A stretch of 55,652 nt of DNA from Chromera velia. Its lineage: Eukaryota. The translations under genes were made by a program, and so were the position numbers. Numbering within the stretch: position 1 is the stretch's first letter; the number at the start of each line of letters is the position of its first letter. The notes beneath the pieces are model-generated. The model saw only the letters and a list, made by a program, of their open reading frames with translations. It did no database searches and was not told the origin of the DNA. Positions 13,701 to 26,150 of the stretch are shown piece by piece. Location: positions 1 through 55,652 of the forward strand of contig JAHBMJ010000169.1 in the NCBI GenBank assembly GCA_018398765.1. Direction: 5' to 3'.

Positions 13701-13942
13701 GCGGCGCAGATGCAGATACGGCAGACGGATAAGCGGTCCGCGGCCTCGTGTTTCCGAGCGCGGAGATGGGAACGGAGACGGAGACGGCGAACGAAAGGGA
13801 CACTCCGCACCAGGCGATCGGGGGAAGTCGAAGCACTATGGGGCCTCATTCTGGTCGGACGACCCCAGAGGAAAGATGCGGCGTAGAGGTGGCTGAGAAA
13901 TCTGCAGAGATCATTGAGGTATGTTGGGGGCACACTTTCCGC

Positions 13943-14078
13943 AGTCTCTCACAGTCTGTCAACGCCCCTCAACGTCTCTTTAAAGTCTCACAGTCTCTCA
14001 ACCTCTTACACAGCCTCTCAACCTCTCTCAAAGTCTCTCACAGTCTCTAAAAGTCTCTCAACGTCTCTTACAGTCTCA
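13943..14078. repeat. Degenerate ~11-bp tandem array (agtctctcaca/agtctctcaa)
   Basis: Roughly 10 imperfect units visible. Confidence 0.8.
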
Positions 14079-14836
14079 GCGAAAACAGAGAGAGAAAGGG
14101 GGGAGGGGAGGGGAGGGGAAGGAGACGGAGGTGAAGGACAGCTGAGGTCAGGAAACGGTGTTCGTTGAGAGAGAAACGGCAGGCAGAAGCTCACCTGAAG
14201 GATTGAGGAACCGCCACGCCTTCCCAGGGAAGCACGAGAAGCTCACAGGAGGGCCTTCACTTATCGGAGGAGAAGACGAGCGGAACGCTTTGGAATACTC
14301 TCACAACCACAGCACCTTCAGAATTCTTGTTAGTCTCTATGCGACTCCCTGAATCTATAACTCACGCTGTGCACGAGTGGATAACGCTTCGAATTGAAAG
14401 ACTTCACTTCCCAATGAATAAATATGAAGCGAGGAAGAGGGAACCGAAATCTGTGGTCATGACAGAGCCTGTGTCACTGCACTCGAGAGTTTGGTTCAAA
14501 CGGGAAAACCGGAACAACGTAGAAACGTTTCGACAGAGATCGACTCAGGAGACGGGCGAGTCACGTGACGCGCGGGGGTTCGCGCGATCCCGCAATTAAA
14601 CAAACTTGCTTGGTTTTCAGGGCCCGGAAAGCGAAGTTTAAGTGCGAATTAACGTGCATGTGGCTAAATTTTCTTAGCCATTGCTCCGACAAATTCCGCG
14701 GTCTGCTCGAATTCGAGAATCTTTGCGGATACTTCCCCAAAAGCTGTCTCTAAAAGCTACCTCTGACCAGTTTCTCTATTCCTGTCAGTTGTAGGCAAGG
14801 TTTTTGAAGTGCATATTTATACGCAATTTTGCGAAG

Positions 14837-15937
14837 ATGCTGTCGCAAGCGGAGGCAGAGCGTCTGTGGCGTCGGTACAAGACCGACTTCTCCGACTGCA
14901 TTCAACTCGCGCGATTTTTCCACAGATCCGGCAAGCTTGCAAAGAGTTTGGAAATGTACGACACTGCTTTCACAAAACTTTCGAAAGACCTCTCTAAAAC
15001 ACCCATCCGTCTTCCCGATGCCAGGGGCACCCGCAAGCCAGGGTTCCACGCGTTAAGTATGTGTCTACAGATTTTTCGAGACGGAGACGGCAAATTTGAG
15101 GATTTCGATCCGAAGTACAAAGTCCTCGCAGAGACGGCCGCAGAGGCCCCAGAGAAGTTCTGCTCCACCCCCAAGGGGCAGGCGTACATCCAGACGGATG
15201 CGCTCTTCACGCTAGCGAGCGTTGAGTTGCGTCGTGTCTACAGCGGAGGATCGTTGAGGAATTCGAGGACTGCGGCCAGACTTTTGGAGCGGGTTATCCA
15301 AGTTCCTTCACATGGCGATGAGGGCGCAGAGTTTCTGCAGCAGAGTGCTCGCACTCAGTTGCAGATGCTCAAAAAGGGCACCCAGCAGGTGAAGATTGTG
15401 CTGGGGGAGGATGGGGGCGTGAACGCGGTGCTTCCCCAGCCCCTGCAGAGCTGTGCGCAGTGTGGAAAGGCAGAAGAGACGGAAAAGCTGCTAGCATGCG
15501 GCCGCTGCATGATGACTAAGTACTGCTCAAAGGAATGTCAGAAGACCCACTGGAAGGCAGGGGGGCACAAGACGGTATGTGTGCCTGCGTCGTCAGGGGA
15601 TCAGGGGGGAGACTCTCCCAGCTCAGACAAGAAAAAGAAAGTCTGCCCCCCTGAACGTATTTTGAAGGGTGCGGAAGCGGAGGAGTTTTTGAAGGGCGGT
15701 TTGGGGCAGCTTCCACCGGGCATGCAGACGATTTCTAGGGACGAGAATGAAAAGGAAATTCTGATGAAAAACTTGATTAGAGAGACAATCAAGTTTGCTC
15801 TGGGAGAAGGAGAGATGGGAACAGCAGGCAAACCAACTTTGTCGAAAGAGGAGGCCAGAGTGGAAGCGCGACAGGTCCTTGCAAAGATTGGAGCTGGTGG
15901 TTTGTCTGATGATCGGCTTAGAGAGCTAATCAAATGA
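14837..15937 (+). CDS. MYND-type zinc-finger protein (366 aa, intronless) with helical, possibly TPR-like, N-terminus
   Basis: Canonical MYND motif CAQC..CGRC...YCSKECQKTHWK.GGHK..C; first ATG of the ORF at 14837. Confidence 0.9.
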   Translation: MLSQAEAERLWRRYKTDFSDCIQLARFFHRSGKLAKSLEMYDTAFTKLSKDLSKTPIRLPDARGTRKPGFHALSMCLQIFRDGDGKFEDFDPKYKVLAETAAEAPEKFCSTPKGQAYIQTDALFTLASVELRRVYSGGSLRNSRTAARLLERVIQVPSHGDEGAEFLQQSARTQLQMLKKGTQQVKIVLGEDGGVNAVLPQPLQSCAQCGKAEETEKLLACGRCMMTKYCSKECQKTHWKAGGHKTVCVPASSGDQGGDSPSSDKKKKVCPPERILKGAEAEEFLKGGLGQLPPGMQTISRDENEKEILMKNLIRETIKFALGEGEMGTAGKPTLSKEEARVEARQVLAKIGAGGLSDDRLRELIK

Positions 15938-16347
15938 TGTGGTACGTCATTTGGCTATAGTCATTCCGTGATGTGAGTTTTGAACTCAGTTTTCAGAACG
16001 CTGTAGTACGCTGTAGTCAGTCTACGTCAGAACGTTCACTCTCAGTGTGACGGTGTCTTATTTCCGCCTTCTGACTTTGAACCAAATGGACTTTTAAGTA
16101 GGATTTATCGGAATTGAAAGTGAATTTTATATTATTATATATCTTACAGGCCGGTAGCTACTAGGGTATAGCTAGGACTTTACCTAGGACTTTACAGGAT
16201 TTTAGATTATACCATTTTATGGAATTCTTGCATGATAAAATTTTAATGGACTTTAATCATTGAATTCTAGTTTCAAAACGCTGGTGCTTATGAGTGTATG
16301 GTGAAGAAGCAGTGAGTTGAGAATGTCTATCCGCGGGAGAACTGAGC

Positions 16348-19300
16348 TTAAACCATCACAGACCCCCCCTGCTTCCCCTTCTGTATCCCCCCGGGAGAGG
16401 AACGACCCGAAAGGGTAGGGCCCCGAAAAAGGTGCGTGGGTGCGTTGGATGGAGAGTCATCAGCACGGAGCACAGTCACAAAGGTGTGAGTGAGAGGGCA
16501 GCGAGGGATAACCCTCCAGGTGGACTTCATTTTCCTCATGTCCTCTCTGTTGGTGAAAGAGAGGTGGATTGGAATAGCTTGGTGATACTGAGCGGATTCG
16601 GGTCCGAAGGACTCGAAATCGACTGACAGGGCGGCCCTGTAGGATGTCTTAACCCCCCACTCCATCTCTACAGTGTTTTCCATCATCAGAGGCAGAGGGA
16701 CATCGCTGCCGGAGTAGCCAAACACAACTGGTGCATCCAAGATGATGGGTTCCTCCCCCTCGGTGCTTTGCAACCGCAGCCACATCCACCTAAAAGCCAC
16801 CGCTTTGAACCTCCCCCCTCCTGCTTTGATACCGATGTCAATTCGCCACCACCCAAAAATCCAGTAAGAAATAGCTTAAGGGATAGAAGACTGATCGATT
16901 CACCCTTTTCCTTGGCCAAACAGAATGTCGCAGTAGAATAGGCAGGTGCACTCACACTTCTTCAGTAGGAGAATCTCTCGCAAGAAGAGATTCAATGAGG
17001 CAAGAGTTTGAATCATGTTGAGCAGACAAGGAGAAGAAATGTTAGAGACAGACCCGAGGGCCCCTGGTTTTCCCTTTCCCCGCTGTCCATTCCCCCCCCG
17101 ATGAAACTGCTTTGCATTCTTGTTTATCTGGGGAGAGTCGGTTAAATCCCCATACGATGTGGGAGGCTGTCTGCCCCTCTTGCTTGAGGCTACACCCCTC
17201 TAAAACCCCCGTCCCACATTTCCCCCCCCGTAAGAAGAGGAGGACGGTGCTGCTCCCGACCCTTTTGACTGCCCGTATACAGACGGATAGAATAAAGGGA
17301 CAACATACACGCCCTGTTGATGCTAGGAGTGAGAAGAAGCAGGGGGAGGGCCAGGCGGGGGAGGAGGGACAAAAGGAGCTGCTCCCTGAGAAGAAATGGA
17401 GGCAGTCGGAGGAGTGCTAGGAGGAGGTGGAGGGACAACAGAGGGAAACTGAGCTGCAAAAGCCTCATAGTTGCTACGAAGGAATCGGGACTGGGTCTGA
17501 CCGACTGCATACACAATCATGTGTCCAGATTCAGGGAGAGGGTCTGCGTCAATCTGCTCTCTGGAGGGATAATTTGAGCTGAAGGTCAGTTCCCTCCATG
17601 TAAAACGTCTGGCTGCATTTGGGTATGCTTCCACTCCATAGTTGAGGGTGCAGTTGGCACACTGAGGGCTGTTGATATTCCCCCACAGTTTGGACACCGG
17701 CAGCGATGAATGCAACAATGCCTACAGCCATGCCTCTCCCCGTCCCCCCCAAATCCCTGATAGTATTTGTACCAGGGAGACTCAAGGGTGGCTCGAGAGA
17801 AGGGAGGAAGTCCCTGTTTACCATACCATTCCAAAGCCACCACTCGCGCAGGCTCAGCTTCTATCGATTCTTCAGAAGTGAAGACAGTCGCATATGTTGT
17901 ATACATAAATTTATTTTCCCCCGTTCTTCTTGCTGCAGCCCTTACATTCTGTATGAATTTCTCAATGTCTGGATCTGCCATTTCTACAGAAGATACGTAC
18001 AGCCCCTCCGGGTGTGACAGTCTCTTAGAGGAGAATCGCGCCCCATTTGGGCGGACGAATGCATTGGCATCCAGAATTTTGTCGATAATCGAGGGAACGC
18101 GGGAAGAATCTCCCCGGGCTTAGCATTTTCTTCCCAAGGGAAGGTCAGTGAGGTAATCTTCTCTCTTTCTTCTCGAGTATACCTCCCTCAGTGCTCTGAG
18201 TAGTACTTTGACACTGGATTCAGATACAACCCCCCTTGTAAGAGACCCCATGTTGATTTAGGATGTTTGATCGTCTGACTCACTATGTAGTCATCGATCC
18301 CCACCCCATTCGTTATTGCAACAATCAATCTATGTAGAGCACTTGCCCCCCTTTCATCTCTGCTATTAGGTAACTCAACCTACTGAAGCATGAGTGGGGG
18401 AAGACGCTGTTCCACATCAAATCCGGGGAAGTTCGGGTGAAGAACACACTTTGAGCACGATCCCCTAGATTGTCAACCACTTTCATCAAATGACTGGACT
18501 TAAGATATGAACGGAGGCATACCCACTCACGGACAGAGCGCTCTTGTTCATTAGAGGAGAAAAAAGGATGTCGGGTGAGAGGGAAAGCAGGGAAATGTTT
18601 ATATCCATTCTCATGGAGAGCAGCAAGCTTCTTGCAAGCCGTAGGAATCATGCGGATCCACTTAGGAATCGGGCCGAAAACAGGCCTGGGTCGGTGGAAA
18701 TGGACTCAGAGGGAGGCTGTGGGGCAATAAGTGGATCTACAGACGCACTCTACCCTAAAACAGGAGCAGAAGACTCTGTCTGCAGAGTGAGACACTAGTG
18801 GGGAAAAGTAGAGGGACTGAGAAACATATGATGTATCCCCCCCTGAACCCCCAAAGGCATACCCGCATTGTGACCTCCCTGACCTCTGTTTCTCCCCCCC
18901 CTTCCCTGCTGTCCATTTTTACCCCCTCCCCCATTATGTTGACCAGCAAAGGGCTGTGGTCCAGCCTGTAGACCCCCCCTTGCCATACCCCCCCGGTTGT
19001 CGAAAGGCGGACCAGAGCCTGACTGAGAGTGCGGGAAAGGAGGACGATAAACAGTGGGAGGCTAAGGCGGACCAGAGATACAGCTACCAAGTAAAGGGGG
19101 GAAAGAGTTCTGCGCGGCCTGTATGGCGAGCATCTGAGGATGCTGACCGACAGGCTCAGGTCCCAGAGTGGGAGTGTAGTGCTGTCCTCCCGAAGGAGGA
19201 AGAGGCTTTCTGGTCCCATCATTCGGTGACGGTCTCGACTGAAACAATAGCTGTCTGTTCTAAGGTGCAAGTGGCTGGCGTGACTGTTACCACTGCTGCT

Positions 19301-22300
19301 GGTGCTGCCCCTTTCCCTCTGGGCGAGAGGGAAAGTGACCACCTTTTCCTTTTTCCCCTTTCTCTTCATTCCTGTTCCCCCCGTCATTCCCCCCCAAACC
19401 AGCACTGCGGAGAAGAGAGGAAGAGGCTTGACGTGGAGGGGCAACCATTTCTTCAACGAGAGGAAGCAGTTTTTGGAAAACCAAAGTGGCAGTCGAATTC
19501 AAAGAGATTGGGGGACCAGGAGAACCTGTGTTGAGGTTCAGAGCTTCCAGAATTTCAGTGAATCAGATATGAGTGAACATGAAATCCCAATCAAAGTTTC
19601 CCTCAACTGGAATACCTACAAAGTAAGGACAGGACACACCTCGACGCAGGTCACTTGGAAACTGCATGAAGTAATGATTGACCACCCGATACTGACTGGA
19701 AGTCAACCCCAAACCCTCCAAGAACAGAAAGATTCCAAAAAATCCATTGACTGGCTGGAGAGAGGGGAAACGAGCGCGCGCAGAGGGAGAGAGATCAGAG
19801 AGAGCAGTTAGAGAACGTTCATGCCTTGCTGTCAACGTCCGGACTGCATGATTCACCCTCGCTGCAAAAAAGTGGTTGCTTTCTGCAGGCTGCCGGCGAA
19901 GAAGGAGAGAGTCGAACCTGAAATTTGCCAGAGTCCATTCTAATACAAGCGGCTGGTCACGATAGGCAATCTCTTACAACTGTTGGAAAGAGAGAGACTC
20001 AGAAATTGGATCTTCTGCCGAATCGCTCCATTCTCCAATCAGAGGTAAACCTCCACTGCTCTGTATAGCCGTGCGCATGTTTTGTTGGAATCCCACTGTC
20101 TACTGTATAACGATGGCGTACCCAACTTCTACCCAACAACACTGAGAAATTTCTTTCCTTTCCTTGTCATTCATCATAGTTAACAGACTCTGGAGCCTTC
20201 TTTTCAACTCTTGTTTCACCTCTTGCAGCCATTCATGAATCATGGCATTTATCGGCTTTTTGAACTCTTTCAACTGAAACTTCTCTTGTTTGTAAAATTT
20301 GATTGAAGGACACTTTTTAACTTCTTTTAAAAACTCTTCAACTTTTTTTATCATCATTTTTGTGCCCACTTTCATACTAGACGGCTATGTAGAATACACA
20401 AGAGTCTGAACTGTTCTTGTAGGATAAGTTTCACACGCGGCTGTAGGATGTATAAGGGGCAGCATAGACATATTACCCACACTAGGTCTACTATCCGCAC
20501 CCCTAGGGGTACTAAGTGGACCTACAGACTGTGCATAGGCATCCTGCACTGCCATAGAAATTCTGTCAGGTATAACGCTACCCTGCATCAAGCAAAGTTG
20601 ACTAGAGTTCTGAGCCGAATGAAAATTTATAAATTCGTTATGAACATTTTTAGTCAGGTAAGGCTGGAAAGAAGGGCTGGAAACAGAATGGGGAGAGAAA
20701 TGGGCAGCCGGTGAAGGAAGAACATACTGAGCTGAGACGGTTAGCGCATTAGCCTATGGAGGTAACCTCCAGGCACCAGACCAAACGACTGAGCAGGCTG
20801 GGGATGAGAAGAGACAGACATGACCGGAAGTACACAATCAGTGACAGCCTAAGGAACAGTGACGAGAGCAGACATAGGAGGACAAACCATCATTCCAGAA
20901 TGAACAGCGGCTGTGTACGAGGGCAAACCCTCTACACACGGGTGTATAGCTTGCTGGGGGATGTGAGACGGTCCACTCTGTCTGCCTGTCTAATGCGGAA
21001 GAGGAGCATTCTGAATACGATGGGTGCATGGGATAAGTAGGCAAATCAGGCTGAGAAAGCTGTACAGTCTTTTGAGCTGCCGGCAATCCCGAAGGCGAAC
21101 CTTCACCGGTATACTGGGGGAAATAAGATTGAAAAACAGACACACCAGCATCATTCGGAAGAACGGGAGGGTAGGCAGGATAAGAAAGGTTGGGATGAAC
21201 AGAGCCAGGATGAGAAAGGGTGGGAGGAGCACAGAAAGGGTAACCCACACCATATATGAATGATGCAGGAGAAAGAGTGTCAGGGTAAGAATTATACATT
21301 TGATGTGTATGTATGTTCGTATCCTCTGGCAGTCTCAGACTGTCAGTATCAAATTGCGAGTTCAAAAACGAATGGCCTGAAGGCATACTGATCGCTTTTT
21401 CTCTTTCTTCTCCATTCTCTCCCTTCCTTCCTTCCCCCCTCTCATTCTCAAAAAAGACTCCCTCCGTAGGCCTAGTTCCCCCTCCTGCTTGCTGATTGAG
21501 CCTCCCTCTCTCCACGGTGCTGAGAGAGAGACAGAGACAGAGACTGCGCCGGCCCCATGCACACCTGCAAAGGTTTTAAACGTAGCATACAGTTTGAATA
21601 GACTGCTCAGAGGAAGGGCCTGGGTACTGCTGAACACTGGCTTTCTGTATTAGAAGCACACATGGAAGAGAATGTAAAACAGGAGCTGCTGATACACTTG
21701 GTACAGGCAGTTGGGCAGGAGAGCCCATAGATGCATTCAAAGAAGTCGAAAGAGGCAAAACAGGTCGGGCAGATAGAGACGGCTCACACGGACGGTGAGG
21801 AGAAACCAAATTTTGAAGGCTTTGCTATACTGCAGATGAAACTTATGAAAATTGATTCACAGCTTGCTGAAGGATTCCTCCATCGAAGCGGATTCCTTGA
21901 GGAAATTTAAACCAGAAAGGTCTCTCTATTTTTGTACCCAGAGAGACTGCTGTGGCCGAGGCTGAGACAGGCCAACAGGAAGCTCCATGGTAGGCGCTGC
22001 ATGCATATACTATGCATCATATGCAGAAGGAGTAGAATGAGGACGCTGCTCTGACTGAGACTGCACAGCCAAAGCTGCTTGAGGAAGGACAGAGACGTCG
22101 GCAGTGTTCCCTTCTCTTTCTGTTAGGAAGTAAGGTCTATCCCCCATTTCACCCATTCCCACACCCACTCTTTCGATTTCCTGAAACCTCTGAATATTCC
22201 TTTAATCCTTGGGAAACTGCGCAGCCAAGGCTGCATAAAAAAGACCAGAGACGGATTCTTTCCCTTCTCCTTCATTTATCTGAAAATTATTGCTTCCCAT

Positions 22301-22892
22301 TCCCGAAGTCATTCCCGTGAATCCCGGCAGTACCCTTTAACCCCCAGAAAAGTCTGACACAGGGAGCTGAATGGGAGCAGACTGTATAGAAATTTCAGCT
22401 GAAGCTGAAGGAGCAAAAGGAAAAGAAGAGATTTGACCACCTTCATTCCTTTGACTGCTGGCAAATTTTTTTTTCACAAAATTCGGCACGTTTGCCATTT
22501 TTTTATGGCCAACAGGTGTAGTCTGACTGGTGACTGGCACTTGCTGTGGAATGGAAGAGCTATTAAACAGCATAGGAGTAGTACAAATTTCTGTGGAAGC
22601 AGATCGTACTGGAATCACAGACACTTCAGACGTACCAGGGAATTTTGGAGATGAGTCTCCAGGGACCTCCCTCTGATATTACTGTTTGTTCTGCAAAAAT
22701 AAGATGTACAACACCAGTGAAGGGCGGTGCTCCCTCTCTGTAAGTTTCTTGCTGTCGCAAAGAGTAGGCTGATGGATTGGCTAGGTCAGCCATTCTTGAC
22801 TTCAAAAACTGACCAACGAAGACCAGAGAAACGGCCGGAGACGGAAAGTGTCTTTCAAAAAAAAATTTGAGCCGCTCTTGCTGGCGTTACCA
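16348..22892 (-). mobile_element. Degenerate LTR-retroelement-like relic: very long Gag-like/low-complexity ORF plus protease-like remnant, no RT/IN
   Basis: ORF pieces starting 21809, 21515, 20591, 20375, 19856, 19502, 19247, 18986 and 17981 share one frame, broken by stops. PBS-like tggtaacgccagcaaga (22892-22876) lies ~80 bp before ATG 22793. Retropepsin-like FLLD(F/S)G..GIKAGGG..PVVFG..PLMM at ~16870-16680. Purine tract aaggggaagcaggggggg followed by tc-TGTGATGG at 16380-16353. No matching LTR pair found. Confidence 0.45.
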
Positions 22893-23680
22893 CACTAAGA
22901 ATGTAGGAATAAGTACTATGCTATTTAACTCCAAAGATAGCAAGAATGATGCACGATCAGAAGGTTTTTTATATGAGACGAAGAAAGAAGAACTGTCAAT
23001 CTAGGATACTGCTTCAAGTTAATCAATCTAGATCTAAAACGGCTGAAAAGATCAATCCATCGATTTTCGTACTACAATTTCATAGATACACAAACTTTCG
23101 GGGCCTCGGAATGTCTTGATCTGAAGTAGATCACCGTAGCCTCCGACCTGACGTCTTTAGTCCCACGCGCCGCCTTCTATGCTTTGTGGGTCGGTGCCGC
23201 CCTGCGCGCCGCCCTTTCTATCCTCATGAGTGTTTGAATTTTCAGAATAAAAAGTTAGAAATCTACCAGGTTTTAAACTTCAAAATCCTAGCAAATTTTA
23301 TGTTACAAATTATGTATAGGCTCACCTCTCTGACACTATCAGCCACTTAAAAGTAGAACATTCAAGTTCATCTGCATTTGTGCTACGGCTGGTCAAGTTC
23401 GTTTGCGCCTGCGGTATAGCTAATCAAGTTGTCCGCGCAAGTGGCTAGCGACCGCTACTAAGCGACGCCAAGCGACGCAGCCACATGGCGCCGCGGCCTA
23501 GGCCTCGGCCCATCTACACCAATCTTGTAGGATTACAAAATCACTTTTTTCAAAATGTTTTGTTACACTGTTCAACTTACACATTGTTTTCTTACATATT
23601 TTATTAGAATTTTGATGAATGAATTAGTACACACTTTAGTGTGCATTAATTCAAACTATCACTTTTAGGAATATATTAAG

Positions 23681-24069
23681 TACCTTGCAAAAATGAGAGA
23701 ATTTACAAATAAATTTAAGTGAATTTAGATACATGAATTTACATGAATTTAAGCCGTGAATTTAGATGAATTTTAGTGAATTTTAGTGAATTTAAGTGAA
23801 TTTACAAGTGAATTTTAAGTATAAATTCACTATAATGAATTTAGTTTTAAATTCACTATGAAATGAATTTAAGTGAATTTACATTAATTAATTTCTATGT
23901 AAAAAGCTCTAAATTCATTTCAAAATGAATTCAGTGAATTTAGCCTCTAAAGTCACTTATAAATTCACTTAAATTCACCTAAATTCATCTAAATTCACTG
24001 CTTAAATTCATGTAAATTCATCTAAATTCACTTAAATTCATATATAAATTCACCTATTTTTGCAGGGTA
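23681..24069. mobile_element. Foldback MITE nested in the hAT element
   Basis: TIRs taccttgcaaaaat / atttttgcagggta with TA ends; left arm tandem gtgaatttaa, right arm ttaaattcac; flanked by a ~50-bp direct repeat (23628 and 24070). Confidence 0.75.
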
Positions 24070-24318
24070 TACACACTTTAGTGTGCATTAATTCAAACCA
24101 TCACTTTTAAGAATGCATTATCACACAGTGTCACTTTAGTGTATATTAATTTTAAGTTTCATCTTCGTCTTCTTCTTCTTCTTCAAGACGGTTTGAAGGT
24201 ACTGCTTTTAGAGTAATGGTGTCGTCAGCAACGCGGCAGGGAGAATTTTTGAGCACTGGAGGCAGGCCCCCCCTGAGGGGTAAAAAGAGCAGAGGCAAAA
24301 GCAGGGTGTGTGTGAGAA

Positions 24319-24577
24319 AATTTCAAATCTAGGCTCTGCACTACATAAAAAAAGAAATAAAAGATCAGAAAAACTTTTTTTTTATAGATTTTTTATTTAT
24401 TTATCAAGGCAGTCAACAGGCAAACAACTGTTGTTCAAGTGTTGCAGGAGTGTTGCACAGGATGTTGTATAAAAAGTATGTGTTGTTTGGTTGATAAATA
24501 AAAAAAGAAAAAAAAAGATCGGAAACTTTCTTTTTTTTTAAATTTATTTATGAAGTGTAGAGTCTAGTTTCAAATTT
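24319..24577. mobile_element. Small inverted-repeat element (MITE-like)
   Basis: aaatttcaaatctaggctctgcactacataaa pairs imperfectly with tttatgaagtgtagagtctagtttcaaattt. Confidence 0.5.
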
Positions 24578-24980
24578 GTCTATAATTCTTGCATACTAAT
24601 TATTACACACTTTTATGTGTAACAAAAGGGGGGTCAGGGGTAATTATTACATATTTAACTTTGTGTAACACTATATAGGATTGGTGTAAGCCCATCATGG
24701 CCCATCAATCGCAGCCTATATAGACTGATCAAAAGATTTGTAACTTAAAGTAAAAGAAAGGAATCCACCCAGCAGTGATTTCATTATATAAGGTAAAAAC
24801 TAGGGCAAAAATTTGTACTATTATAACATATAGGGGGGGGGAAACCGTATTTAAGATCCGTTCCTAATATATCCGCCTCTCTCTTACTCTTCCTTCCTCT
24901 ACGCGCCGTTGCAACACCTCTAGCTATATTGTATCACGCTAAGTCCTAGTCGATCGATCAGTCTTGTACGGTTCAGTTGT

Positions 24981-26150
24981 CTATGAAGATGAGTGCACTG
25001 CTGAATCCCCCCATCTCTCCTCTTTCGCCTGAGTGGCTTCGCATGCCCCTAATGCATACACTTGCTGCCCATAGGTGGGCGACTTACAGCTACACTCGGA
25101 TTCGTCTACACACCTTCTGAAGTTCCCATATCCCTGCCCCCACTTCTCGCTTAACAGTCTAGCCAGCCTACACAGGAATGTGTTGGCTTCCTTGTGGAGT
25201 GTGACATCAACTAGACTTACGAGTGGGATGAAGTCGTATCTCCTGTCCCCACATGCCCCTGCGTGCTTCGTTTTCTTCTCTTGAGCTTGGGAAGAGAAAA
25301 CGGCGGTCCAGGGGGTGTCGTCTTTGGAAACGGCATACGGATTGCTCACCCTTGTGTCGACATACGCCCCCCGCACCTAGAAGTCCCCTTTCAGCCCTGG
25401 ACACCCCGGCACTTCCCCTTCCTCCCGGATAATGGGTTTACAATATGGTTTACGACCATTCACTGCCCCCCTTGGGTAGGCCTCTGCTGCTAGCCTAGCC
25501 CAGGTGGCGTTGATGTCATTGTGGCGCAGGGTGATAAACCCCCCCACCTTATAATTCAGGGTATGTTCGAGGTTCCATGCGCCACTGCAGCCCTCGCATG
25601 TCTCCTTCTCCCCCCGTAGTTCAGTTTAATAGCAGATGGCTAGGGCGTCTCTGAACTCATCGGGAGTCAGATTGGCGTAGAGGAAGTTGAGAGGCGTGGC
25701 TGAGAGCCAGGCTAACTGTTTACATTGGGGTGCCTCTCTCACTTCTTTTTTCTGTCTCAGACTGTTTGTCACTCCTGGGATGGTTGCTACACTCAGTCTC
25801 TCCCATTCCTCCTGGACGGCCTGTCAGCGATGGGTTCGGTGCTGTTTGCGGGTAGCAGCGCTCTATGCTGTGTGGGCCTCTCGGTCTAGCTCCCCCCCTG
25901 TCAAGATCGCCTAGGATCGCAAGATCACCTCAGTCACCACTTTTGCTGCTGCTTTTGATATCTAAAACGCTCGACCCCCCTCTTTGTTAGGCTAGGGGAT
26001 GGCCAGCCCATGCCAACGGGTTGGCAGTGCTATAACCTTTCGAAGCCATCTCTCTCTGTCACTCCTTCCCCCCCTTGACTCCCTCTTTCTCCCTTTGGTC
26101 AGAGCAGGAAGGAGTCTGTCCCTGATGGTGTCCTCCAGCAGCTCATACAC
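24981..26150 (-). mobile_element. 5'-truncated CRE-like non-LTR retrotransposon remnant (post-RT region, zinc knuckle, restriction-like endonuclease)
   Basis: Translates to LEDTIRDRLLPAL..IALPTRWHGLAIP..AWLSATP..DEFRDALAICY*..CEGC-x7-HTLNYKVGGFITLRHND..GDF*VRG.YVDTRV..EKKTKH..FIPLV..EANTFL.RLARLLSEKW, the typical C-terminus of CRE/RLE elements, with in-frame stops. Confidence 0.85.

Larger units (their letters stand above)
9550..13933 (-). other. Probable spliced minus-strand transcript or pseudogene with no coherent ORF
   Basis: Minus-strand splice-like signals (gag|gtgcgt near 13621; pyrimidine tract plus cttgcag near 9725) and intron-type microsatellites, but all frames are interrupted and the region contains two gaps. 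Confidence 0.3.
23515..24688. mobile_element. Non-autonomous hAT-type DNA transposon
   Basis: TIRs tacaccaatc(t/c)t.. / ..aggattggtgta; 8-bp TSD ggcccatc (23507-23514) / agcccatc (24689-24696), one G>A mismatch. Confidence 0.75.

Noticed and set aside
15940..23400. Paired LTRs around the gag-like relic
   Set aside because: No convincing direct repeat between 15940-16360 and 22893-23400 by eye.
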